Shown one piece after another: positions 28,708-38,408 of a DNA stretch of 64,000 bases. Where the stretch lies: positions 3,618-67,617 of the forward strand of contig JAZOVZ010000106.1 of NCBI GenBank assembly GCA_045658965.1, in the 5' to 3' direction. The DNA comes from Eubacteriales bacterium. Lineage in GTDB: Bacteria > Bacillota > Clostridia > Oscillospirales > CAG-272. The notes below the pieces were generated by a model. That model was not told the origin of the DNA. It saw nothing but the letters and a program-made list of their open reading frames with translations, and did no database searches. Position numbers and translations under genes: made by a program. The stretch's first letter is position 1. Every line of letters begins with the position of its first letter.

Positions 28708-29405
28708 ATGGACTCCTTTTCCTTGATGCGGGCGTACAGCGCATCGATCTGCGCTAACATGGACAGCTCAAACGAGGCATCCTTGCCGCCCATTTTTTTG
28801 CCGTCCGCGCCCGTTTGCAACAGACGGCGTTTATTCTCCAGCAGCTCACCAAGGTGAGGGTGCATTCTTTCAATATTATGACTGCCAAACCACAACGCCA
28901 TATCGTCCTCGGAGCGTACGACACCGTCGTATTCGGCACAGATGATCTGATACACCTTGTCTTCCTTGACCAAGGTTTGGTCTATGATGCAAAATCCGTT
29001 TTGCAGCAAATAAGCGCGCAAAATCTCTGCATGCGACATAGGCTGCAGCACAAGGCGGATGCGCCCGTCGCGCGTCCAGGGTGCTGCGTCAATAATGGAA
29101 GCGATCAGCTCGCCGCCCATGCCGAATACGGTAATATCCTCGGGAGCATACTGCTCAATGCCGTCAAGCCCCGGGGTGCACACGGTTGCAATTTTGTCCT
29201 CAAGCCCTGCCGCGGCAATATTGCGGCGCGCATTTTCCACCGGTCCGCGGTTGATATCCGACGCCACCGCGCGCGGACAAATGCCGTTCTGGCACGCGTA
29301 TATAGGCAGGTGCGCGTGATCCGTTCCCACGTCCGAGAGCACCTTGCCCTCTCGCAGATACGGGATCGCCCCTGCGAGTCTTTGATCAAATCGTTTTTCT
29401 CTCAT
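28704..29405 (-). CDS. trmK: tRNA (adenine22-N1)-methyltransferase TrmK
   Basis: 233 aa. Contains LSDVGTDHAHLPIY and ASDINRGPVENARRN. 4-nt overlap with nif3. Confidence 0.8.
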   Translation of the reverse strand: MREKRFDQRLAGAIPYLREGKVLSDVGTDHAHLPIYACQNGICPRAVASDINRGPVENARRNIAAAGLEDKIATVCTPGLDGIEQYAPEDITVFGMGGELIASIIDAAPWTRDGRIRLVLQPMSHAEILRAYLLQNGFCIIDQTLVKEDKVYQIICAEYDGVVRSEDDMALWFGSHNIERMHPHLGELLENKRRLLQTGADGKKMGGKDASFELSMLAQIDALYARIKEKESI

Positions 29406-29440
29406 GATATGTAAAACTACGGGGACGCGGGGTATTTCCC

Positions 29441-29528
29441 TGTAGGGGCGATTTTCGAATCGCCCGCAAGGATTTTCCCGTAGGGGCGTTCTGTGAACGC
29501 CCGCGGGCGAACGCAGTTCGCCCCTACG
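29441..29528. repeat. Three consecutive GTAGGGGCG-type hairpins
   Basis: Hairpins GGGGCGATtttcgaATCGCCC, GGGGCGTTctgtgAACGCCC and GGGCGAACgcaGTTCGCCC. Each has different but self-complementary arms. Confidence 0.8.
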
Positions 29529-29567
29529 GACAGACCCGGAAAATATCTCCCGATCCCTTTTTGTTGC

Positions 29568-29768
29568 TTACTTGTCTGCCAGGTAAGCGTTGAGCTTTGC
29601 TACCAGCTCGTCTGCATCGGTGCCGTGTACTGCGCAAGCGTCCTCAATGCTCTCGCCTCTGGATGCGGGGCAGCCCAGGCAGTGCATGCCGATCTCAAAG
29701 AAAAAGCGTGCAGTGCCCTGATCGTAGTCCAAAACGTCGCCGATAATGCTGTTCTTGGTAACCTTCAT
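29568..29768 (-). CDS. DUF1858-type small redox/disulfide protein (hybrid-cluster-protein-associated family)
   Basis: Start at ATG 29768 after GGAGG. MKVTKNSIIGDVLDYDQGTARFFFEIGMHCLGCPASRGESIEDAC is the typical family signature. Confidence 0.7.
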   Translation of the reverse strand: MKVTKNSIIGDVLDYDQGTARFFFEIGMHCLGCPASRGESIEDACAVHGTDADELVAKLNAYLADK

Positions 29769-29908
29769 TTTTGTAATCCTCCGTAAAATAGTTATAGTTT
29801 TACATATACTATTATACAATTTTGCGCCTTATATGTCAAGCGTTATTTTTTAACAGAGCATATAAAAACACCCGCTACAGACATTCATCTGTTAGCAGGT
29901 GTCATATC

Positions 29909-30469
29909 GTTATAGCCGAAGAGAGTCGAACTCACACGGTTTTGAGCGGCAAATATCTGCACCTGCGGCAGACAAAATGCTCGCAATATCTTATATTGCT
30001 TCGCATTTTCTCTTTGCATCTGCGAAATATTTGCTCGCGCAAAACTGCGCAGCACCCTCCGGCGTTGAATTTTTTGAGGGATTTTGTCAAAGCGAGTTGA
30101 AGCAAGATACGCATCTTGCAAGACGAGATTTGGCGAAAGACGCGAAAAATTCTCGCCGCAGGGCGCAGCCACACGAAAGCCGGGTCAAATAGGTTTTGAC
30201 ACGCAGATTTTTCCAATCCCTGCATCTCATCCTTTGGACATATTTCTCATATGCCCTGCAGGAAGAGCTTGGGGGATTTAAAAAATCTGTTGTGTCAAAA
30301 CTGCTTGCACCTTACGGTGAATGCATTTTTGATGGATTGCGTGAAAGCGAACCGAAGTAAGATAATAATCTTACGAGGTGAGCATTTGCGCAAGACGCGC
30401 AAATGCATCACCGTAAGGCTATTCGACTCGGCTTCCGTGTGGCTGAAAGTTCGGCTCTCTTCGGCTATA
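29909..30469. repeat. About 560-bp highly structured noncoding element with 30-35-nt terminal inverted repeats (MITE-like)
   Basis: Left end TTATAGCCGAAGAGAGTCGAACTCACACGG (29909-29938). Right end CCGTGTGGCTGAAAGTTCGGCTCTCTTCGGCTATA (30435-30469). The interior is full of hairpins, including CCTTACGGTGAATGCATTT ... AAATGCATCACCGTAAGG. Confidence 0.6.
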
Positions 30470-30983
30470 TAATTTTTTCTGCCTCTAATCTCAACAAATA
30501 AAACTCTCGAAGCCAAACAGGCTGCTCATCCACGCATAATGCGAGTTTCTCCAGCGTTCTTTTTCCCACTCTCCTGTCAAGCACCGCGAACATTCTGACC
30601 AACGGATTGACGGAATAAATGCTACTCCCGATATCCTGATTGCGGTATTGCTCAAGTGCCAGGCAAAATTCCTCGTCCAAGTATTCGGTACGCCGATCAG
30701 CCGGAATTTTATCCACCAAGGGCCAAAATTCCATCCAATATTCGCTCATGCCCACGGGCTTCTTATTTTGGGTAAATCCATTTTCAATGAAGTACGTATT
30801 GACAGTCTCCCAGGAAAAGCGTTTGACTTGTCTGCCGTCAATGCAAACCTCAAAAATTCTGCACCCATCCATACCAACGTAGGCGGTACAGCCATATCTG
30901 ACTCTGCCGTGCAGCACTTGGGCAAGCATTTCTTGCTCAAGATATTTACGCATACCGCTCCACGAGCCCAAAATCTTCCCCAT
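30465..30983 (-). CDS. Hypothetical protein (172 aa)
   Basis: Clean ORF directly downstream of the antitoxin gene. Its stop codon lies inside the right TIR of the 29909-30469 element. No family recognised with confidence. Confidence 0.55.
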   Translation of the reverse strand: MGKILGSWSGMRKYLEQEMLAQVLHGRVRYGCTAYVGMDGCRIFEVCIDGRQVKRFSWETVNTYFIENGFTQNKKPVGMSEYWMEFWPLVDKIPADRRTEYLDEEFCLALEQYRNQDIGSSIYSVNPLVRMFAVLDRRVGKRTLEKLALCVDEQPVWLREFYLLRLEAEKII

Positions 30984-30992
30984 TCACTTACC

Positions 30993-31316
30993 TCAGTTTT
31001 CTTCCGACAATGATACAATCCCCGATTTCTGCGGGAAAGAAGGATCTTTTTGCGTCATGGACAACAGTCTGCAAGCCGCGCCCTCGGGGTGGTTTCTCCC
31101 TGATTCCCAAGCCTCCACGGTTTTGACAGAAACACCTAAATAACCCGCAAACAGCTTTTGTGTCAGACCCGTACTCTTGCGGATGGCTTTGATCTCTTCG
31201 GGGGCAAAGCAACCGATCGGCTCTACCGTTAAAACAGTTGTTTTTGCTTTCAATTTGCCTTTCTCATACGCAATCGCTTGATCAAGTCCGGTTTTGATAT
31301 CATCAAAAATGCCCAT
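30993..31316 (-). CDS. HTH (XRE-type) antitoxin, HigA/MqsA-like
   Basis: 107 aa. Contains IRKSTGLTQKLFAGYLGVSVKTVEAWESGRNHP. It follows the toxin gene by 12 nt. Confidence 0.75.
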   Translation of the reverse strand: MGIFDDIKTGLDQAIAYEKGKLKAKTTVLTVEPIGCFAPEEIKAIRKSTGLTQKLFAGYLGVSVKTVEAWESGRNHPEGAACRLLSMTQKDPSFPQKSGIVSLSEEN

Positions 31317-31328
31317 ATCGTGCCTCCT

Positions 31329-31676
31329 TTACTTCTCGTTTTCGCGCAGTTGATTCTCAAGCGCTTGGATCATTTGCTTGATTTCTGCCCTCTCCGAATC
31401 GGTCAAGTTGTCTTTCACATTTTTAGGATATGCAGTAATCAAAAAAATCTTCTCATAAACTTCAAAATCCACATATATGACCCGAACGCTTCCACTCTTC
31501 CCTCTTTGCTCAAAAGCGAATCTCATTTTCCGAACGCCGCCCGTTCCTTTCATAACCGCACCGACCTTGGGATCTGACAACAATTCTTCCTGTAATCTTC
31601 TCAAATCATCATCGCTAAGCCCCATTTCTTTCCATCTGGAACGAAAAATCGGCAGTTCTACAAATATTCTTGTCAT
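31329..31676 (-). CDS. RelE/HigB-2-type (DUF1044-like) toxin
   Basis: 115 aa. Contains KMRFAFEQRGKSGSVRVIYVDFEVYEKIFLITAYPKNVKDNLTDSE. Toxin-first order is typical of HigBA modules. Confidence 0.7.
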   Translation of the reverse strand: MTRIFVELPIFRSRWKEMGLSDDDLRRLQEELLSDPKVGAVMKGTGGVRKMRFAFEQRGKSGSVRVIYVDFEVYEKIFLITAYPKNVKDNLTDSERAEIKQMIQALENQLRENEK

Positions 31677-31774
31677 ATGTATCTCCTGTGATTCTGAGTT
31701 TGTATACTTATTATACCCTATTTAATAGGGTTTGTCAATACCCATAATGAAACAATCATTTTGAAAAATAAATC

Positions 31775-31803
31775 TTTACAAATGTGAAATTATATGTTAT
31801 AAT
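31775..31803 (+). promoter_or_regulatory. Sigma-70-type promoter
   Basis: TTTACA, 17-nt spacer, TGtTATAAT (31798-31803). It lies upstream of the 587-aa membrane protein gene. Confidence 0.5.
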
Positions 31804-31840
31804 ATTGTGATTATGCCCATGCGCGAAAGGAGGCGGTGAC

Positions 31841-33604
31841 GTGAAGAAACAAAAAACGGCAGAAAGTACGCAAAGTAAATACGTTCTGCCCATATTCGCA
31901 GCCCTTTGCGCGCTGTTTGGCAGCGGTGCCGTCATCGGCATCACGTTGCTCTCAAGCCCTGCGCTGCAGTGGCGTTTGATCACCGCGCTGCTCCCGGGAT
32001 ATGCCGTTTGCTTTGCGATCGTATTTCTCGTGGTACTGGGCTACGGCTCGATCTATAAGCCCATCGCCTACCTGACGCTCCCCGTGCTCTGCCTTGTCTG
32101 CGGTGTGCGCACGACCTTTCTGTCCGCGCCATACGTCAGCCCCTTGGCAATCGCGTCGGTCTTTGCGATCCTTTGCGCCGCCTCGATCGCGGCAAGCATT
32201 TGGGCGTTGCAAAAATTCCCCGAGCCTATCAAAAAATCGGGCAGAAAAATTCCCGCTGCGGTTTATACAGTCGCATGCACCGCGCTTGCAGCAGCACTTT
32301 CGCTTGCATTGTATATAGTCCTGTTACACAGTCGTCTGCAGAGTTTGCAAACGGGTAACACCGAGGGGGCTGCCATCGGTCAGATGCTGTATTTCATGCA
32401 ACACAGCGGCAAGCCGTTTACCACGCTGCTGGCAGGCGAGCCGCAGAGTTATTTTGCTACCCAGTTCGCTCCCCTTTGGTATCTGATCTTACCCGTATAT
32501 ATGCTATCCGGGCAAAGCATGCTTGCCGTGGGCACGGCGCTTTACGCATTGATGCTGACCGCCCTTTTGCCCCTGTGGCGCATTTGCCGCAGACACGCAC
32601 TCACCCCTTGGCAGACCGCCGCTCTTTGCGCAGCGTGCGCGCTTTGCCCTTTAGTGATCGGCGGCAGCTCGTCGGGCGGTGCACTCTCCATGCTCTCCCT
32701 GCCCCTGCTCTTATGGATCGCCGATGCATGCGACGGTAAGCACCCCTATCTTGCACTCATTCCTCTCTCCCTTTGCCTTTGCATCGGGTTTGAGGTCAGC
32801 GTATGGACAAGCTTTATCTGCCTCTACCTTGCCCTTGGCGCACCTGCCGGACGCAGACGCGCGGGCATCGTTTGCACGGTCGCAGCGTTTGCCGCAACCG
32901 CTGTAACTGCCGTATATCTTGCCATTGCAGGCAGCCCCGTGATCACCGAGCTGTTTTCCGGCATTGGCTTGCAGGCAGGGCAAAAGCTGCTGTTCCTTAT
33001 GCTGTTATTGGCGCCGTTTGCGCTTCTGCCCCTGCTTTGCAAGCAGAAAGGTGCACTCGTGCTTCTCTTCCCATTGGTACTGTTCCATCTGGTTGCAAAC
33101 GCATCCGTTTACAGCGGCATATTCTGCACCTACGCATTCCCCGTCGTGGCAGCCGCCGCGCTGCTCTCGGTCAAGGGACTTGCAAGCCTGCGCACCGAGA
33201 TCAAGGGCATTGCCCTTGCCCGCTTGCTCCCCGCGCTTGCGCTTTGTACCGCTATGCTGCTGGCAACGCCCTACGAGGCAACGCTGCGCAGTCTGTACGT
33301 TGATACCGACGAGCAAGCAGAAACCGACGCATCCCGCATGCATGAGCTGCTTGACGCGCTGCCCGAAAACGCTGCCGTGAGCGCATCCGACAGCTTGCTT
33401 GCCGCGCTGCACGACCGCACGTGGCTGTTCTCGCTGGACGCACAACCCGAAAGCCCCGCGACCAACGTGGTCATCATCGACCTGCGCGAGGAATTCACCA
33501 CCTCGGACACCGAGCAATACGGCGTTGCATATTATCAATCGCTGGGATACACTTTGCGTGACGATCTTTCCCGCACGGGCATTCTTGCGGTGCTGTTCAA
33601 GTGA
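31841..33604 (+). CDS. Large polytopic membrane protein (DUF2079/glycosyltransferase-C-like by recollection)
   Basis: 587 aa, GTG start after AAAGGAGG. About 14 hydrophobic helices, then a soluble C-terminal tail. The family call is unverified. Confidence 0.5.
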   Translation: MKKQKTAESTQSKYVLPIFAALCALFGSGAVIGITLLSSPALQWRLITALLPGYAVCFAIVFLVVLGYGSIYKPIAYLTLPVLCLVCGVRTTFLSAPYVSPLAIASVFAILCAASIAASIWALQKFPEPIKKSGRKIPAAVYTVACTALAAALSLALYIVLLHSRLQSLQTGNTEGAAIGQMLYFMQHSGKPFTTLLAGEPQSYFATQFAPLWYLILPVYMLSGQSMLAVGTALYALMLTALLPLWRICRRHALTPWQTAALCAACALCPLVIGGSSSGGALSMLSLPLLLWIADACDGKHPYLALIPLSLCLCIGFEVSVWTSFICLYLALGAPAGRRRAGIVCTVAAFAATAVTAVYLAIAGSPVITELFSGIGLQAGQKLLFLMLLLAPFALLPLLCKQKGALVLLFPLVLFHLVANASVYSGIFCTYAFPVVAAAALLSVKGLASLRTEIKGIALARLLPALALCTAMLLATPYEATLRSLYVDTDEQAETDASRMHELLDALPENAAVSASDSLLAALHDRTWLFSLDAQPESPATNVVIIDLREEFTTSDTEQYGVAYYQSLGYTLRDDLSRTGILAVLFK

Positions 33605-33662
33605 CGCGCACGCCCATCTTCTCCGTAATAAAAAAATTCTATATAAAGGTTAGGTAAAAACA

Positions 33663-34769
33663 ATGATAGTTGCACTCGAAGAGGCAAGACTTGCCTTAGT
33701 GAATATGAGAGCGGACCTCAAGGAGCTTGGCGAGCAGCTCAAGATCGAGCAAGCGCGCGCCACGGTTGAGGAGCTGGAGCAGCAGACCTCCGATCCCGCT
33801 TTCTGGAACAACCAGGAAAAATCCTCCAAGGTTCTGCAGACCATCAAGCAGCAAAAGGACAAGATCGAAAGCTACGAGGCACTCTGCACCCGTCTTGAGG
33901 ACGCGGTCGTGCTTGCAGAAATGGCGATCGACGAAAACGACGAAAGCTGCGTAGAGGAAGTGCAGAGCGAGCTTTCCGAGATCTCCGCAATCGCGGAAAA
34001 GAAGCGCACCGAGGTACTGCTCTCGGGCGAATACGACAGAAACAACGCCATCATTTCCTTCCACCCCGGTGCAGGCGGCACCGAGGCGCAGGACTGGTGC
34101 CAGATGCTTTACCGCATGATCAACCGCTGGTGCGAGGCGAACGGCTTTAAGGTCAAGCTGACCGACTGGCTGGACGGTGACGATGCGGGTCTGAAATCCG
34201 CAACCATTTTCGTGGAGGGTGAGAACGCTTACGGCTTCTTAAAGAGCGAAAACGGCGTGCACAGACTTGTGCGCGTTTCCCCCTTTGACTCCGCAGGACG
34301 CAGACAGACCTCCTTTGCTTCCATCGAAGTTATGCCCGAGTTTGATAAGCTGGACGACGTAGTGGTACGCGAGGAGGATTACGATTTCGTAACCTTCCAC
34401 TCCAGCGGTGCGGGCGGTCAGAACATCAACAAGGTATCCTCCGCAGTTCGTCTGATCCACAAGCCTACGGGCATCGTAGTCGCTTGCCAGACCGAGCGTT
34501 CGCAGCTGCAGAACAAGGAAACCGCTATGCGCATGCTGAAATCCAAGCTCATGGAGATCAAGATCAAGGAAAGACTTGACACCATTGACGAGATCAAGGG
34601 CAACAAGACCAAGATCGAGTGGGGCTCTCAGATCCGCTCCTACGTCTTCATGCCCTACACCTTGGTCAAGGACCTGCGCACCGGCTTTGAGACCGGTGAC
34701 GTGGAAGCCGTGATGGACGGTGAGCTGGACGGCTTTATCAACGCTTATCTGAAGTCTATTTCTCAATAA
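33663..34769 (+). CDS. prfB: Peptide chain release factor 2 (single uninterrupted frame)
   Basis: 368 aa. SPF motif (RVSPFDSAGRRQTSF) and GGQ motif (SSGAGGQNINKV). Confidence 0.95.
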   Translation: MIVALEEARLALVNMRADLKELGEQLKIEQARATVEELEQQTSDPAFWNNQEKSSKVLQTIKQQKDKIESYEALCTRLEDAVVLAEMAIDENDESCVEEVQSELSEISAIAEKKRTEVLLSGEYDRNNAIISFHPGAGGTEAQDWCQMLYRMINRWCEANGFKVKLTDWLDGDDAGLKSATIFVEGENAYGFLKSENGVHRLVRVSPFDSAGRRQTSFASIEVMPEFDKLDDVVVREEDYDFVTFHSSGAGGQNINKVSSAVRLIHKPTGIVVACQTERSQLQNKETAMRMLKSKLMEIKIKERLDTIDEIKGNKTKIEWGSQIRSYVFMPYTLVKDLRTGFETGDVEAVMDGELDGFINAYLKSISQ

Positions 34770-34799
34770 AAACGCCGCAAAGGCACACGGGAGGCATTT

Positions 34800-36404
34800 A
34801 TGAAGACGATTTTCACCGCACAAAGAGCAAAAGCATCCGATCTTTACACCGTGACCAACTGCAACCTTTCCGATCAACAGCTGATCCACGCTGCTGCCTG
34901 CGCTGTATTGGACACCATGCAAACAGAGAATTACGATCTGCGCAAGCCCTTGATCCTGTGTGGCAGCGGCAACAACGGTGCCGACGGCTTTGAGCTGGCA
35001 TGCCTGCTGCAAAAGGCAGGAGCCACCGCCAGGGTGCTGTATCTCGGTGCGCTTTACGAGCAGCCCGAAACCAAGAAGAAGCCCAAAAAGAAGGACGCTG
35101 CCGTGCCCGAGATCGATCCTGCGCTGATCGGCACGCCCAACAAGGAATGCATGAGCGAGGAATGCCTTTCTCACTACGAAAAGGCTTTGGCGCAAGGTAT
35201 TCCCGTATTGACCGAGCTGCCTGCGGAAACAGACGAGGTTTCTCTGTTTGTAGACGCGGTTTACGGAACCGGCATGCACGGTGAGATCAAGGATGCGCGC
35301 GTATGCAATACCTTTGATGCCGTGAATGCAAGCGAGATCCCCGTCGTCGCGATCGACCTTCCCTCCGGCGTTGCCTGCGATAGCGGTGCCGTAGGCGCAC
35401 ACGCGCTGTGTGCTGCACACACCGTCACCATGCAGCACGCAAAGCCCGGTATTCTGCTCTATCCCGGTGCGGAATACGCAGGCAAGATCACGGTTGCCGA
35501 CATCGGCATTGAAAACAATCCCACGCTGGAAGCTCCCACCGTGCAAGCCCTGCAGGACGAGGATCTTGACGCGCTGCTCCCTGCACGCCCCACGCGCTCC
35601 AACAAGGGCACGTTTGGCAAGGTGCTGATCGTGGGCGGTGCTCCCGGCATGGCAGGTGCCGTTTACCTTGCCGCTATGGCAGCATATCGCGCAGGCGCAG
35701 GGCTGGTTGAAATTCTGACCCACACCAAAAATCGCATCATTCTGCAGCAGCTGGTTCCCGAAGCGGTGCTGAGCTGCTACGCAGACAAATCCAAGCTCAA
35801 AAAGGCGATCAAGACCTCTGTGCGCCAAGCCGACGCAATCGTGCTGGGCTGCGGAGCAGGTCGTTCCAAGCTGTCGGTCTTTACCGTTAAGTACGTATTG
35901 AACAACGCAAAGGTACCCGTCGTGGTAGATGCCGACGCGCTCAACGTCATTGCAAATAAGCAGGGACTGCTCAAGGGCGTCAGCAAAAAGCAAAAGCCGC
36001 AGATCATCATCACCCCTCACCCCGTGGAAGCGGCAAGACTGCTTGGCAAAAAGACGGACGCAGACAAGGTGCTTGCCAACGTAGTCCTTACGGCAGAGCA
36101 GCTTTGCGACAAATACAAGGTGGGCGTGCTGCTCAAGGACGCGCACACGCTGATCCTCTCGCATGATAAGAATACCCGCTATATCAATCTCTCGGGCGGC
36201 ACCGCACTTGCGGGAGCAGGCTCGGGCGATATCCTCGCGGGATACATCGGCGGTCTGTGCGCAGCAGAGACCAATCAACTTCCCATCGCCACCACCGCAG
36301 CTCTTGCAGCATACATGCACGGCAAGGCAGGCGAGCGCGCCGAGGAAACGGTTGGCGCACGCGCCGCAATGGCAAGAGATATTCTGGACGGATTGAAAAA
36401 GTAA
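34800..36404 (+). CDS. nnr: Bifunctional NAD(P)H-hydrate repair enzyme (epimerase + ADP-dependent dehydratase)
   Basis: 534 aa. YjeF_N motif LILCGSGNNGADG and a C-terminal carbohydrate-kinase-like domain (GKVLIVGGAPGMAGAVYLAA). The 693-aa antisense ORF is a shadow. Confidence 0.9.
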   Translation: MKTIFTAQRAKASDLYTVTNCNLSDQQLIHAAACAVLDTMQTENYDLRKPLILCGSGNNGADGFELACLLQKAGATARVLYLGALYEQPETKKKPKKKDAAVPEIDPALIGTPNKECMSEECLSHYEKALAQGIPVLTELPAETDEVSLFVDAVYGTGMHGEIKDARVCNTFDAVNASEIPVVAIDLPSGVACDSGAVGAHALCAAHTVTMQHAKPGILLYPGAEYAGKITVADIGIENNPTLEAPTVQALQDEDLDALLPARPTRSNKGTFGKVLIVGGAPGMAGAVYLAAMAAYRAGAGLVEILTHTKNRIILQQLVPEAVLSCYADKSKLKKAIKTSVRQADAIVLGCGAGRSKLSVFTVKYVLNNAKVPVVVDADALNVIANKQGLLKGVSKKQKPQIIITPHPVEAARLLGKKTDADKVLANVVLTAEQLCDKYKVGVLLKDAHTLILSHDKNTRYINLSGGTALAGAGSGDILAGYIGGLCAAETNQLPIATTAALAAYMHGKAGERAEETVGARAAMARDILDGLKK

Positions 36405-36416
36405 ATATGACGCAAG

Positions 36417-36446
36417 AAAAAACCGCTCGAACGAGCGGTTTTTTCT
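36417..36446. terminator. Bidirectional rho-independent terminator between convergent genes
   Basis: AAAAAACCGCTCGaacGAGCGGTTTTTT. Confidence 0.8.
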
Positions 36447-36458
36447 TATTTTATTCGA

Positions 36459-37646
36459 TTATTCCGGCACGTACCAATCGCCGTCGCTGAAGTACGCTTC
36501 CTCAATCGAACGCGCATCCAGAATCAGATTGCCGTCCTCGACCGCAATGCCTCCTCGGAAAGTCACGACCACAAGGTCTCCGACGTCGATCATACCGCAT
36601 TCCACACAACGTCTGATGCGAATATCCTCCAAGGACACGCGGAACACCATGCCTTCGCTCGGCTTGACGCACAGAATACTGTCATCAATATACACGAATC
36701 CGTCCTTGATATCCACCACAGTGCCTGCCAACGTATATTCATAAGGCTCAAAGGATTTCTTGACCGAATTTGCCATGGCATACTCGATGATCTTGCCCGC
36801 TGCCTCTTCACCGATCTCGTAAATATACGCATACTCAAACACGTTAGTCCGCAAGTATCCGTCCTTGGTAATATACATCACCTTTTTGTAAACGCCCAAT
36901 CTATCCGAGGTCATGGTAAAGCTGAGATACTCGTCACTTCTCTGCCACTTGTCCGTATCCTCATACCGCTTTGCATCGTGGCAGGACGCAAGCACCTCCA
37001 GGATATATGCATCGTCGTCCAACGCATAATGCGTCTCGTTTCTGCCTTCGTGCTCGGTAAAGCGGTCAAGCTCCCACGCCTCGGAAAGGCCGTAGCGGTC
37101 GAACAGCTCACCAAGCGTTTCGGGCATATCCAGCAAAGCGTCTCTGCATTTGTAAACGTACCAATCTCCTTCCATCCCAACAGCGATCATGGCATCCTCG
37201 GAAACGCCGTCAATGCTGCGCACCTCAAAGCCCAGATAATTGCCGAGCTTATCGCCAAGATGTCTTGTTTGTACCGTATTACCGCTTGAATCGTAGCTCT
37301 TGAAATTCCAAAGAACCACGTTGTGCTTTTCAGACGCTGTCAGATACTCGTCCGCCCAAATCACGCCCATCTCACTACTTGCAACAGAGCTGTACTTATA
37401 GTGACGCTTGAGGTCTCCCATGGATATCACCTTACCCGTCGGGTAATACCCCTCGGGCAGCACATCGTCATCCAGCATCAAAGGCACGACGATCATGCCT
37501 GCCACAATGATGACGCAAAGGCAAGCGGCTGTCAGTATGCTCCACTTAAACCATGGCTGCTTTGCCCTTCTTCTTTCCTTGGCAGACGCGCTCACGAGAT
37601 CCGCATCGATCTCGCCCATTGCTTCTGCAATCTTGGGTATTTTCAT
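36459..37646 (-). CDS. Membrane-anchored anti-sigma-factor-like protein
   Basis: 395 aa. Short cytoplasmic N-terminus, a single TM (WSILTAACLCVIIVAGMIVVPL) and a large extracytoplasmic domain. 4-nt overlap with the ECF sigma gene. Confidence 0.6.
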   Translation of the reverse strand: MKIPKIAEAMGEIDADLVSASAKERRRAKQPWFKWSILTAACLCVIIVAGMIVVPLMLDDDVLPEGYYPTGKVISMGDLKRHYKYSSVASSEMGVIWADEYLTASEKHNVVLWNFKSYDSSGNTVQTRHLGDKLGNYLGFEVRSIDGVSEDAMIAVGMEGDWYVYKCRDALLDMPETLGELFDRYGLSEAWELDRFTEHEGRNETHYALDDDAYILEVLASCHDAKRYEDTDKWQRSDEYLSFTMTSDRLGVYKKVMYITKDGYLRTNVFEYAYIYEIGEEAAGKIIEYAMANSVKKSFEPYEYTLAGTVVDIKDGFVYIDDSILCVKPSEGMVFRVSLEDIRIRRCVECGMIDVGDLVVVTFRGGIAVEDGNLILDARSIEEAYFSDGDWYVPE

Positions 37647-38200
37647 ACTTCAATTCCCTCCTTAGTCAAATGCTCCTTGAGCTTTTCTCGGGTGTGATAC
37701 AGCATGCTCTTGACCTTGCTTTGGCTAAAGCCGTAGCGTTTTGCAATGTCCGCAACCGAATCAAAGAAATAATACTTGCGGATAAACACATCGCGCACCT
37801 GCTCGCTCTGCTGGCGTAAAAACGCGCTGATCGCGGCAGACACCTCGCCCTCGCGTCCGCTCACCGCCTCGTCGGGCAGTATTTCCTCCAGCTCGGACAG
37901 CGATACCGTCAGCTCTCTGCTGCACTTTTGCCGTGTTACGGCACGCAGGCGTTTGAGAGAGACGTTACGCACCACGCGGCACACAAATGCGCAAAGATCA
38001 TCGGGGCGTGCGGGCGGAATGGCATTCCAAACGCCCACGTACGCATCGTTGACGCATTCCTCGGCATCCTGCGCGTTACCCAAAATATTACGGGCAATGT
38101 TTTGGCACAGCTTGCCGTATTTGGTCTGTGTTTCGCCTATCGCGCGCTCGTCCCGCGCAAAGTACAGCTCTATGACGTTATGATCGTCTATATTGCGCAT
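37643..38200 (-). CDS. ECF-type RNA polymerase sigma-70 factor
   Basis: Start at ATG 38200 after AGGAGG. Region 2 is ECVNDAYVGVWNAIPP. Region 4 HTH is IAKRYGFSQSKVKSMLYHTREKL. Confidence 0.85.
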   Translation of the reverse strand: MRNIDDHNVIELYFARDERAIGETQTKYGKLCQNIARNILGNAQDAEECVNDAYVGVWNAIPPARPDDLCAFVCRVVRNVSLKRLRAVTRQKCSRELTVSLSELEEILPDEAVSGREGEVSAAISAFLRQQSEQVRDVFIRKYYFFDSVADIAKRYGFSQSKVKSMLYHTREKLKEHLTKEGIEV

Positions 38201-38408
38201 GCTCTCACCTCCTGTAATGTAAAGTCTGAAAGGCGCCCTCACCTATACAGTACCCTTTTCGGGCTGCTTGGTTGCAAAGCAAGAGAATATTTTTTCAAAA
38301 TCCTACCCAATTTCATTAAGGGGCAGGGTCATTAACTTTGCCCTTTTCTTGTACAATTAAGTCTATGAATTTGATTAGTTTTGCAGGAAGAAATCCGTTT
38401 TGGTGAGG

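Noticed and set aside
29909-29938. tRNA gene or fragment suggested by GAGTTCGACTC in the TIR of the 560-bp element
   Set aside because: It has no 5-bp T-stem, no acceptor pairing and no CCA. The same sequence is present inverted at the other end, so it is a terminal repeat and not a tRNA.
33604-33740. Programmed +1 frameshift site expected in prfB
   Set aside because: The RF2 frame is continuous from ATG 33663 (…RADLKELGEQLKIEQARATVEELE…). It has no in-frame TGA and no CTTTGAC motif. This organism appears to use an unshifted prfB, so this is not an anomaly.
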